Shown here piece by piece: positions 21,669 through 34,294 of a stretch of 64,000 nt of DNA (positions within the stretch are counted from its first letter, which is position 1; every line of letters starts with the position of its first letter). Below the pieces are notes generated by a model. That model was given only the letters and a program-made list of their open reading frames with translations, searched no databases and was not told the origin of the DNA. The position numbers and the translations under genes are program-made. This DNA is from Octopus vulgaris (taxonomy: Eukaryota): NCBI GenBank assembly GCA_951406725.2, contig OX597814.1:219542001-219606000 (forward strand). The letters run 5' to 3'.

Positions 21669-23080
21669 ACTGCAGAGATGCTTAAAATATCTGGCAGTGT
21701 CGGCTATAGCCTAGTCACCTGTATAGTTAACCAGGTGATACATGAAGGAGTCATACCCAATGACTGGTGTAGCAGCAAAATAGTCAACTGCTACAAAGGT
21801 AAAGGTGACGCTTTAGATACAAATAATTACAGAGGTATCAAACTGTTGGATCAGGTAATGAAGGTTACGGAGAAGGTCATAGCCCAACTGATTAGGGAGA
21901 TAGTCAGCTTGGATGAGATGCAGTTTGGTTTCGTGCCAGGGAAAAGCACCACTGATGCCATATTTCTGGTGAGACAGCTGCAGGAGAAATACCTAGCCAA
22001 AGATAAGCCCCTGTACCTGGCTTTCGTTGACATGAAGAAAGCCTTTGACAGGGTCCCCCGATCCCTTATGTGGTGGTCAATGAGGAAACTAGGGATAGAT
22101 GAATGGTTAGTGAGAGCTGTGCAAGCCATGTACAGAGACGCTGTAAGTAAGGTGAGGGTTGGCAACGAGTACACTAAAGAATTCAGGGTAGAGGTAGGGG
22201 TCCACCAAGGTTCAGTCCTCAGCCCCCTCCTATTTATCATAGTCCTCCAGGCAATAACGGAGGAATTCAAGACAGGATGCCCCTGGGAGCTCCTATATGC
22301 TGATGACCTTGCTCTAATTGCTGAGTCACTATCAGAACTAGAGGCAAAGTTTCAAGTGTGGAGACAAGGATTAGAATCGAAGGGCCTTAAAATCAACCTA
22401 GCTAAAACCAAAGTCCTAATATGTAGGAAGGCAGGCAAATCACAAATGCCTTCAGGTAGATGGCCCTGCTCGATCTGTAACCTGTGGCCTCTACCTGGGA
22501 CGTAGCCAGCCCACTTATGCATACCTTTCCTTCTTGTGACACAAACCCTACGTGTGAAGACCTGTTGAGGCGAGTGAAAATCAAAATCAAAATCGATCAA
22601 CATCAATGGAAATTGTAGCTGTGATACCAGTTCCGGTGGCACATAAGAGAACCATCGGAACGTGGCTGTTGCCAGCGCCGCCTCGACTGGCCTCTGTGCC
22701 AGTGGCATGTAAAAAGCACCATCCGATTGTGGCCGTTTGCCAGCCTCGTCTGGCCCCCGTGCCGGTGGCATGTAAAAAGCACCATCCGATAGTGGCTGTT
22801 TGTCAGCCTCGTCTGGCCCCCGTGCCTGTGGCATGTAAAAAGCACCATCCGATTGTGGCCGTTTGCCAGCCTCGTCTGGCACCTGTGCCGGTGGCACGTA
22901 AAAAGCACCCACTACACTCACGGAGTGGTTGGCGTTAGGAAGGGCTTCCAGCTGTAGAAACACTGCCAGATCAGACTGGGCCTGGCGCAGTCTAGTGTCT
23001 TCCCAGACCCCAGTTGAACCGTCCAACCCATGCCAGCATGGAAAGCGGACGTTAAACGATGATGATGATGATGATGATGA
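21669..23080 (+). mobile_element. 5'-truncated, internally deleted RTE-clade LINE (RT domain plus 3' UTR)
   Basis: Open frame with YKGKGD, NYRGIKLL, QFGF, FVDMKKAFDRV, GVHQGSVLSPLLF, LLYADD (22296-22307); jumps from GRWPCSIC to the 3' UTR near 22480; (GAT)n tail. Confidence 0.95.
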
Positions 23081-23095
23081 TATATAGCAACATCT

Positions 23096-23470
23096 GCAGG
23101 TGTGGCTGTGAAGTAAGAAGTTTGCTTCCCAGCTTCATGGTTCTGGGTTCTCACTGCATGGCCCCTTGGGTGTCTTTTGCTATAGCCTTGGGCCGACCAA
23201 AGCCTTGTGAGTGGATTTTGTAGATGGAAACCGAAGGAAGTTGTCTTATATACATGTGTGTGTATGATTTCGTGCCTGTTTGTCCGCAACACCACTTGAC
23301 AACCGGTGTTAGTGTGTTTACGTCTCTGTAACTTAGCGGTTTGGTAAAAAGTAACCGATAGAATAAGTACCAGGCTTTAAAAAAATACTGGGGTCGATTC
23401 GCTCGACTAAATTGCTTCAAGGTGTTGCCCCAGCATGATCGCAGTTCAATGACCGGAACAAGTAAAACAT
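23096..23470 (+). mobile_element. Older SINE family A copy
   Basis: Diverged match to 7209-7600. Confidence 0.75.
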
Positions 23471-23959
23471 TAAAAAAAAAATAAGATATACTGTTCATGA
23501 ATGTCAACAATCGGCTGAGAAAAAAATGTCTGGCAGAGTTCTGCAGAATAAGTTGAAATAGCTGACAAATTCTTTCTAGGGCCGTATAAATGTAAAAACA
23601 AGAACATGAGAGATAACTGGCGTAAGATCAATCAATTGAAATTATAAAGAAAACATGAACTATGGCATGGAAGGAGTGGATCTTGTTTTTAAAAATCCTC
23701 TTCATGGACATGATATAACGGCGAATGCATACAGAGTTATATTAAGGTGGAGGGGGACCAACAGACTCATCTGAGGGTCAGACGAAATGCTTGTCAGCAA
23801 TTGTTAATTACGGTCCCTTTATGTACTAAGTTCAAATCACGCTGAGGTCAACTTTGTTTTATATATTTTCTCGGTGTCATTAAAAATTAAGTAACCCACA
23901 CCAATCGTGGTGTGGATTTCATGTTTCTCTGTTTTCTATGAGATGTGAATGGATTAAAT

Positions 23960-24535
23960 AAATGATAGAAAGACACTGATTAGACGCGAGTCACACAAAA
24001 AAAATGAGTGCTTGCTTTATTTAATATTGATAAAATAAACACATCAAGGAAGACCTTTAATGCAAATCGATCATATGTGTGTGACAATGTCCGCGTTCTC
24101 CCCCACGCATTCTCATATATACATACATACATACATACGTATATACTTTTACATGAATGTATGTATAACGAGCGCGCGTGTATATAAGTAGGCGCGTACG
24201 CGACTCGACTCCTCACTCCGTCCCTTTCCCCCCTCTCCCTCCTCTCGCTCGCGCCTCATCCTACTTCTCTTTACTTCTTCCTCTCCTCCTTTACCTCATT
24301 CCTTCCTTCTTTCTTTCCTTCAATTTATCAATTCCTGGATTTAATGTTGCCCGATCTCTTCGACTCTCAACACTTTTCTCCCCTTGAATCGACCACGACC
24401 ACGACTTTATTACACACAACACACACACCACGCTCACATATAATTAGATATATATATTATATATATATATATATCAAACTTAAAACTTTTCTTCCTTCTT
24501 ACTATACGTGGTTTTATACATACATACATACATAC

Positions 24536-24583
<48 letters not shown>

Positions 24584-24682
24584 TTAGAGATAAAACCACT
24601 ATTAGGCAAATCATACAATGAAAAACTTAAGCCAATACATAAGATTAATTAATTTATATTTTGGATTTATTCCCTAATATTT

Positions 24683-24742
<60 letters not shown>

Positions 24743-24927
24743 TGCTGGCGATCGCTTCTAGTAAGAAAAGCAAAAGTAAGGATTTAAGAAGACACTTAGT
24801 GACATAGCCTGAACAAAAATATTCCCCCTTTCCCAAAACGGGGGAAAAAAAAAAAACCCCAGAAAAGAAAAGAAAAAAAAAAGTCGTAAATATTGATTAT
24901 AAATCAATTATAACTCAATTATAAATC

Positions 24928-24967
<40 letters not shown>

Positions 24968-25240
24968 AAGATAATTTTTAAAAAAACCCAAAAAGGAATG
25001 AAAGAAGATAGGAGAAGGATAATGGACAAGTAATAAGCAAAGCTAATAAGAGCGTCGATGATGACGACGACGACAACAACAAGAACAACAACAACAATCA
25101 TCATAAAAAAGAGAGCAAGAAGAGAAAGATCGGGGAAAGCTTAAGTTGGTCTTTCTTTTTTTTTCTATCGCGATACTTCCTCCTGTCTCTTGTTATGGTG
25201 TATTTTATAGGCTATGGCGGCAAGCTGTATCTATGAGGTA
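23960..25240 (+). promoter_or_regulatory. Candidate promoter / 5' UTR region (CpG-rich core around 24165-24260)
   Basis: Dense CpG (gagcgcgcgtgtatataagtaggcgcgtacgcgactcg) with a TATA-like tatataa followed by a pyrimidine tract; flanking regions are CpG-depleted. Confidence 0.4.
25214..25237 (+). CDS. Candidate first coding exon segment MAASCIYE (gene not identified)
   Basis: gctATGGcg Kozak-like start followed by a strong donor GAG|gtaaga, inside the CpG-retaining domain; no in-frame downstream exon found. Confidence 0.35.
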
Positions 25241-25439
25241 AGAAGGACATGCTTTTTCTTTTTTTATCTCTCATTCTCTCTCTCTCTCTCTCTAAATATA
25301 TATATATATATATCTTTTCTTCTTCTTCTTCTTCTTCTCCCGCTTTCGCACGTTTCTCTCTCTCTTGTCTTCCTCTTTCCTTCTCTCTCTCCTTCACTTC
25401 TTCACACACTGCTTCTTACTCTTTCCCTCTGCCTGCATA

Positions 25440-25441
25440 TG

Positions 25442-25488
<47 letters not shown>

Positions 25489-26265
25489 ATATATATATAT
25501 ATATTATTGTTGTGTATATATATATATATATATGTGTGTGTGTATATATATATATATGTATGTATCTATCTATCTATATATATATAGATAGATAGATACA
25601 TATATATGTGTGTGTGTGTGTATATATATATATGTATGTATCTATCTATCTATATATATATATATAGATAGATACATATATGTGTGTGTGTATATATATA
25701 TATATATGTATGTATCTATCTATCTATATATATATATATATATAGATAGATACATATATGTATGTATGTATCTATATATATATATATATAGATAGATAGA
25801 TAGTTACATATATATATATATAGATAGATACATATATGTATGTATGTATCTATATATATATATATATATAGATAGATAGATAGTTACATATATATATATG
25901 TATGTATATATATAATGTGTGTGTGTGTGTGCATATACGTGTACATATGTATGCACACACATGCATACTTTTTGCTCTTCTTTCCTTCTCTCACTTAAAT
26001 TCTTTCATTCTTTGTATCCATGTATGTACCTGTCTTTCTTGCTCCGACACACGTTTATATCTTAACTATTACTTTCATAAAAAGAATATGCATTATCCTT
26101 TATCTGTCTACCTATACACACATACACGTATAGGTGTTTATGCAATATATGTCTGTATATATTCGTGTATGTGCATGTATGTATATACGTGTGTATATAT
26201 GCGTGTCTATCTATCTATCTGTCTCTCTCTCTCTATCTATCTGTCTATCTATCATCTATCTGTCC

Positions 26266-26298
<33 letters not shown>

Positions 26299-26317
26299 CC
26301 CATCTATCTATCTACCC

Positions 26318-26411
<94 letters not shown>

Positions 26412-26466
26412 ATGTCTATCTATCTATCTATCTATCTATATGTCTATCTATCTATCTATCTATATG

Positions 26467-26543
<77 letters not shown>

Positions 26544-26668
26544 ATGTCTATCTATCTATCCATCCATCTATCTGTCTGTCTCTCTCTCTCTCTCTGTCTA
26601 TCTATCTATATCTGTCTCTCTATCTATCTCTCTCTCTCTATCTGTCTGTCTCTCTCTATCTATCTACC
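25440..26668. repeat. Compound microsatellites, including about 460 bp of (TCTA)n at 26205-26668
   Basis: Direct inspection; explains the IYLS-repeat ORFs. Confidence 0.95.
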
Positions 26669-28802
26669 TTAACGACACGCACTCTGAATCTTAATTGATA
26701 TATCCCTGTTTAATCGATTTCACCCTTTCGCTTCTTAACCCGATGTGTTTATCTGATTGTTGATGTTTGTTTCTTCGTAACTAGCTATCCCGACTCTCCC
26801 TCCATGGCTCTTCGTTTCTACAAATATATATATATATGTCTGTCTGTGTTTTGGTCAACTTGATGACATTTTCCAAGCACTGAAAACATTTTATATAGTT
26901 CCATGCGTACAACAAGCGTATTTGTACAAATACACCCCATCACGTTTATATAATAAACATATTTATGGTTGTATGAACTCAACATACATACATATATATA
27001 TATATCCGCGCGCACAATTTACTCGTGTGTGTATATAGCATTATTTATTTATTTATTCAGCATGCATATATATAAGGTAGAGACATGTGTGAAGATGGGA
27101 GACGAGGCGGGTTTTAACCATTATGGCCATCACGACCCTGAAACTTAAGGCAAAAAACTCACAACAGCCAAATAACAACGATCAGAGGAAATATTTTAAC
27201 CACCAACACACACACCTACACAATGCTTCCACGCATACAAGCCATGAGATTGCTGTTGTGAAGAAATAATCACGGTTTCGATTTTAGTGTTTTGATGGGT
27301 TTTGTTTGGTGGCGGCCAAACAGCACAAAGCAAAACATAAAAGCAGTTTTGATTTGTATCTGTTTTACCTTGGTCCTCGTTGCAGTTCCAAGTTCCATTG
27401 TCATCGTCATTATTATAATTGTAATAATAATAATAACTATTATTTCTTTAGGCTCATCGTTATAACGATAATAACGACGATGATAGTAATTATCATCATC
27501 ATCATCATGGTCATTCCACGATGTCTTCTTCTCGTGTGTGATGGAGTTTGGTTCTTCTCTGAGATCACATCAGCTAAAATAAACTAAATGAAATGGTGAC
27601 GAAGCGAGAGTGCACGAAAAATAAGGTTGCGGGGCAATAAAGAAAAAATTGCAACATACATGCAATGTACACGAATGTTCAATGGGATCTTAGGTACCGA
27701 TACATATTATACCCACCTCTCTCTCTCTATGTATATATATATATAATTATATATATATATTTTTATATTGTATAGAGGGCATTATTACACATGAATGCCA
27801 CACGCTAGGAGGGACTCTTAATTATATATATATGTATATTATATATTATATATATGTATATATACAGAGAGAGAGAGAGAGGTGTATTGGCATAAGTTCT
27901 TACTACATATTGATTTGGCGATTTGTCTGGCCAGTTTCTGCTATAGTAAAACAGTAAACAGATTTTAGGGTATGGAACAGTTTTTGTCATGCCCCTCGAT
28001 CAGTGAGGTTTATTTTGTAGTATAATGTTTGTGTGTATGTGTGCGTGTCTATCTATATGCATGTGTATATATATGTATGTATGTATGTATATATATATGT
28101 ACATACAGATAGATATACAAACACAAGGTTTAGAAAGACATGCATGTAGGTAGATAGACGACTGGGTAAATAATTGTTTTCGAAGCACGGTCAGCTCTAA
28201 AATGATTTCTCGTATCTCTTCTTTGCTTTTTATTTTTCAAAGTTGCTGGTTGAGTGCAGCATTTTATATCCGATGTAAATCGACTTATCTCTTCTTGCCT
28301 TCAGATATTGATCACGTTAAATTTAACAAGTATAAATATTCACTTTGTCCGTTACCATTTCATCATTGTTCTTGCTCTTTCCCCCCCCTTATAATACAGA
28401 CTGCATGGTGGTGACTAAGTACCTCTAGGCCACATTTTTTTTTCAGGGGGCATTTTCTTTTTTATGTAAGAATGCCCTCCCCCCCCCCCCCCAACGTCTC
28501 ATGGTGCCCCCTGACTTCGTAATCATGCCGCTTATTACCAACTTACTTACTTGTGTAGGTGTTAGCAGGATGGGAAAGTAAAGACCAGTCATGTTTGTTT
28601 TATTAAATATCATTACTATTCTTATTCACGTATGTTAATGAACTCCACTGGACTTGCATTATTTCTACTACCATTTTCTTTAAACATGTGCAAAAACTAT
28701 CTGTGATTTAAATAACTGTAATAAGTGGACACGGCATTACAACGGATTCAACAGTATGACTTGCTCGGCTATACAAAAATATTGTGTGTATATGTATGAA
28801 TG

Positions 28803-28852
<50 letters not shown>

Positions 28853-31427
28853 CCAACGGTATTGTGACGCTTAGCGATAGACAGATGGGGTTGACGGCAT
28901 GCATGGTTAAAATAAAACTTGAGTCTCTTTCACACTGCAAAAAGTTAGCAGGAACACTTGCAACAATGGCTAGGATTGATGTCACTTGGATTTTTATATT
29001 CCATTATATCTTCTTTCACTTCATTATACCCATCGCACACGCATAATACACATGTGTGTGTATAGTTGTATATTATACGATTAAATATATTTATATATAA
29101 TAGTATATATTTTGTACCTGTATATACAACATTGATTCTATATCCCATAATTTATGTATTCCCCCATTCAGTATATGCTTTAATTGGTAATTAGCGAATG
29201 AGGGACATTATCAATATAACTTTTTTTTTTTTTTTTTAATTACTTGTTTGAACTTCCATTTCGATTTTAGTCGTAACTTTTCTTGTTTCAGTCAGGATAA
29301 TTTATTAACGTGGGGAGGGGAAAAAAAAAAAAAGGAAGAGAATATTCAATATAAATCTAATTTCATCATAGGAATGGAATGTGAGTTTGCGAATGATTGA
29401 GTGTTTATACACAGAAATCCTTGTCTGAGAGTGGAGCACGTGGGTTATTTTGGCCCCCTTCGCTGGCTGAATGTATCGATTCCTTTTTGGATTCCACAAA
29501 GGAAATAGTTACAGCATTCGCTAGTCTGTCAGCATTCTTTGTGACAAGAACCAGCTTAATAATGGCATTGCTCTCTGCTGCCTTATTTACATAAACTTAT
29601 TGGCCCCTTATATCTCTCTATTGTCGCCGACTCCTGCACATACAATGTCCCTTTTTTTTTTTATTGTTTTGTAATTCATTTCATCCTAAATCTATGAACT
29701 TTGTGTAAATGATGTGCGAATGCATTTTAACAGCTATCTCTACATGTGTGTGTGTGTGTTTCCTTCCAAACTGTGTATGTGCAATGTATTCGATGTATGG
29801 CCAGGTGTCAGTTATGTGTGACAATGCTATTGTCAGCTTATTATGTGCCGCCACTCCGCCTACACATTGACAAATGCGCGCACCTTCGACATTTTTTTTT
29901 TCCTGTCCCCTTTCCCCATCAACTGAAGTTTTCCACTCCGGACGCATCGACCACATTACTTTACAGCTTTATCATATCAGCTATCTGTTTTGACCACAGC
30001 ACCTAACAACCATTTCCCATCACCTCTGCTATGTACTTAATCATACAAACAACACCTTTCGTTTTTTTTCTTTTTTTTCTCCCCCAAGTAGTGAAACCCA
30101 TCTTCCGTTTTTTTCCCCCTTTTTTATTGTGTTAGTTGCGCATTAGGCGATTAATTCTCTCTGTTCTATACTGACTGGATTATGAGATAAATAAAGTAAG
30201 ATCTATCGTTTAATAACGTTTAGGGGGATAAACTAGTCAATTCTGTTATGTCCACAGATGCGAGACCAAACTAATTTCTTTGTTAGGATGTGTAGTAGTT
30301 CCTCTTTTTCACATTCCACGAAAATTGGGTCTTATTAGAAGTTATGTTTGCTAATTGTCTTGATTTTCCTACAAAGCGATAATTCGTCTTTTAGTCTGTA
30401 TCCTTTAAAGAAAACCACTATTTATTATCAATACCTTACTAAAGTAATGTAATGTTTGCAGTCTTTGGCAGATCTCTATCTTAGATCGCTGGACTAGGTG
30501 CTTTTTAAGTTATCTGCTTCGTGGATTTCTGTCGGAATTAACTTTAATTTTTGTTACTATTAAAAATATTTACCAGAAATAGAATACTGAAATGCGTCAA
30601 CTTTATCCTTTCCAGAAAAGTTAGTTACCTAAATTATATATTTTTGTTTTGTTTTTGCTAATCAATAAATGGACTTTGAGTTTTTATTAGTTTAAAAGTG
30701 AAACAATTGAAATCAGAAGAACTAGTGTTGGTCTGTGTCGGAAAATTGTAAGTATAAATGTTTGCCAAGTGGAATAAATTCATAGCGAGTAGCACAGAAA
30801 TTGACAGAAAACGTTAATATTTTATCAATAAAATTTACTTTTTTTTCTCTTAAGTTTCTGATAAATTTTCTACAAGTTGTTCATTCCTTTCAAATTGCTA
30901 CAAATGATAGTAATTTGACAAGGTTTTGCAAAGAAGGAGAATGTTCATATTTATCACAGTCTGAAGAAGTGAAAAAGAAATCTGTCCGTTGATCCACCTT
31001 ACTATAGTTGATGGATGATATATACAAAAGAAATGCATAGTTTATATGATATTGGTTGTATGGGAGTCAAGTTGTTGGAGTGACATTGCAAGAATTCCAA
31101 GTTTTTGTGTTCTTGTTGTTTTGGGGGTATTCAGGATTTGTTGGAGTAAAGTCTGTGATTTGATTTCTTTTTAAATGTATTTTCTCTTTCAAAATTTACC
31201 CAAATGGTTGGTGGTTTACTTCAATAAATTTAAGTTTCCCAAAACTTTGAGAGTCCTGAAAATTTCGTTTTTAAGATTTCTAAAAATCTTATTATTTTTG
31301 AAAATTGCATTTGAGAAAAGAATCTGAAGTTGCATGTTATTATGTTTCTTCTTGTTGTATTTTTTGTTCAGCATCCCAATATTATAGGAGTAACTGATCA
31401 GAGAATAACTCTATCAAGACTGGGGGT

Positions 31428-31664
31428 AAAGACCCCCTTCGGTCATGAATGACCATGGGATTGCACCTAGAAAGTTACCCTCCTAGACACAAGTCCGGGC
31501 AAGGTTGTTTATGGAAGACCAGCAGTCGCCCATGCATACCAGCCTCCCCCTCTCCACGCCACCAGTGTTATCCATGGGAAAGACAAAGGTCGATACAGCT
31601 TGGCACCAGTGACGTCGCAACTCATTTCTACAGCTGAGTGAACTGGAGCAACGTGAAATAAAGT
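31428..31664 (-). mobile_element. SINE family D, 5'-truncated
   Basis: Reverse match to 63570-63806. Confidence 0.8.
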
Positions 31665-31930
31665 GGTCGCCATATTTATCATTCCGCATGGTTTTTTAGA
31701 TTTGGAAATTAGAGTATGTCCCTTGGTGTAAGATGAGTTTGAAGTCTAAAAACTAGTTGGATAACTTCAAATAGTTGATTGAAATTTTCAGATAATATCA
31801 ACAATGCAGATTAAAATAGTCTTTAAATGTAGTATTTTTCCTCCCCATATTGTTCATATCCACAATCACCCTCACTACATTCCTTCTCTGGTTGTGTGTG
31901 TAGACACACAGACACATGTACATATGCACC

Positions 31931-32560
31931 TGAGGCTTGTATTGAAAGTAATGTCAAAATGGGCATTACTTTTTATTAATTGACAGAGATTGTTCAAATT
32001 GCGCATGTTGGTAGAGAAATTCTCATATTTACAGGTACTACAACATAGTCACCATCACAATTGATGCCCTTTCGCCAGTGTTTAACTCAACTCACAAACC
32101 CTCTTTGAAAATATTCAGTTATAAACGGGTGTACCTACTTCTTGATCACTTTCACCTTGTCTGTTAGTAAATCATTGTCCTGAAAGTTTGACCTTCATCA
32201 TTGTACCCGATAGGTGGAAGTTGGAGAGCACCACATCCAGGGTGGATGGTGGATGGTGAACCACTGACCAGCCCAATTTGATTTGCTGCCAAACATGTGT
32301 ATGGTTGTGCATTGTCATAGTGAATGCAGATTATTTTCAAACCCTTGTTGAATCTTTTCCCCCTAATGGTCTCTCGAAGCTTTTTGAGTGTCTCTGTGTG
32401 CTGCTTGTTGTTCATGATAAGCTGCCATGTTCCAGAAAATCAAGGAGAATGACACCCTTGCCATCTTAAGATACTTGCCATGGCTTCCTCTGCCATTTGC
32501 TGGCCCTTGAATCTGAACCGAATCTTTGCTTCTGAGTCACCCATTATAATAAAGCCACCT
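31931..32560 (-). mobile_element. Decayed mariner transposase fragment
   Basis: ETLKKLRETIRGKR...IHYDNAQPYT followed by a decayed HPPxSPDxAP-like motif. Confidence 0.7.
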
Positions 32561-32589
32561 TTGACTCAGACCCATCCCAAAGTGCCTGT

Positions 32590-33483
32590 GAATTATTGTT
32601 GTTGTTTGGTGTTAGCAAGCAAACAATATTGACTCATCTTGTTCAAATCGGTAAAGTGAAAAAATTGGATGAACTAAATGAGAATCAGAAACAGCAACAT
32701 TTGGAAGCCTGCATTATGCTACTTTCTCATCACAAAAATTAATCATTTTTGAATTGAATTGTAACATGATGAGAACTGGATCCAGTACAACAACCGTAAA
32801 CGTTCAGCACAATGCTTGGGACAAAGACGAGCCACCAAAACACAGTCCAAAAAGAGAAATCCATCAAAAGAAGCTGATGGTGTGTATTTGGTGGTCTGGC
32901 GCAGGTATGATCCATTGTGATTTCATTAAACCTGGCTCATCATTCACGGCTCAAGTATACTGCAGCCAACTGGACCAAATGATGCAGAAACTTACCAAAA
33001 AACAGCCTAGATTAGTCAACAGAACCATGCCTATTTTAGTGCAAGACAATGCCAAACCACACATCACAAAAAGACACTGGCGAAACTACAGGAGTTGGAG
33101 TTGGAAGTTCTCCATCATCCACCATACTCACCTGATCTTGCCCCCACTGACTACCACCTCTTCTAGAATTTGGATAACTTTTTGATAGGAAAAAAAATTT
33201 ATTCTGACGATGCTGTAGAACAGGCCTTCCAAGATTTTATTGACTCTAGATTGCCAGGCTTTTACGGTTCCGGGCTGGACAAGCTACCACTGAAGTGGCA
33301 AAAGTGTATTGACAATATGGGTCCAACCCATGCTAGCCGTCCAACCCATGCTAGCATGGAAAACGGACGCTAAATGATGATGATGATGATGATGACTTAG
33401 ATGAATTAAACTGTTCCTTATATTCATAAAACGTTAGTAAACTGTTTTTTCTTTTCTACAAATTTCATACTTGATGGCCTAAT
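32590..33483 (+). mobile_element. Decayed mariner element (3' two-thirds) with a short RTE tail inserted at 33321-33395
   Basis: KKLMVCIWW, QDNAKPH, HPPYSPDLAPTDYHLF, KWQKCID motifs with frameshifts; TIR-like end at about 33463-33483. Confidence 0.85.
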
Positions 33484-33600
33484 ATATACATCTAAACACA
33501 CCCAAACACTCAACCCATACTGGCAGCCTAACCTATCTAAGCTTGTAAATATGGATGTGAAACAAACAAGCAAATTAGTCTTGCCAAATGAGTTGGCTAT

Positions 33601-33640
33601 GCTTTGCTGAGGATGTTTGAGGCAGAAACACGTCCACTGC
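33601..33640 (+). ncRNA. Minimal type I hammerhead motif
   Basis: gctttg-CTGAGGA(33607-33613)-tgt-ttgag-gca-GAAAC-ac-GTC-cactgc; core intact, stems short. Confidence 0.5.
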
Positions 33641-33952
33641 TGTCACCAGTTAGCTTTAATAATTGGACTTCACTCCAATCTGTGTTGTTTGTATTTCCAA
33701 AAATTTTAATCAACTTTTCTTTGATTTTTTTTTTTTTGATTTTAAACACTGTTGGAAGGTGTTTTTGTTTACTAATTCCTTGAACAATCTCAGTTTCTAA
33801 TTTTTAAAAAATTAATTGTGTTACATGTATGAGAAGCTCCATAACAGTCTTTATGTTTTTGGTTGCTGTTGAGAAAGATTTTGTTGCTAGTAACAACATA
33901 CAAACCTTCATCATTGAGAAGCATTTTAAAAAACTAAAATACACCTCCCACT

Positions 33953-34008
<56 letters not shown>

Positions 34009-34294
34009 AGCAGCCTGGCTGGATTCTCAAGTATGACTAACTGAGATTATGGATAGATACAAAAGAAATTAAAATTACAAAGGAATAAGAAAGTATGTCG
34101 TGAACTTCAAAACACACACACACCTTTGCAATTAATAATACATCTATACAGGTATGCAAATATACACATGCATGCATTTATAAATACTTGTATGTATATG
34201 AATATATATTATCATTTGCTTAATCAGTGACTTGGTTACAAATTCACTTGTGTAAGTCTCTTTATTTTCCCGTGTAAAATGCCATGCCAGTCTA

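Noticed and set aside
25902-26698. Long IYLS-repeat ORFs in three frames
   Set aside because: Stop-free reading of the (TCTA)n microsatellite
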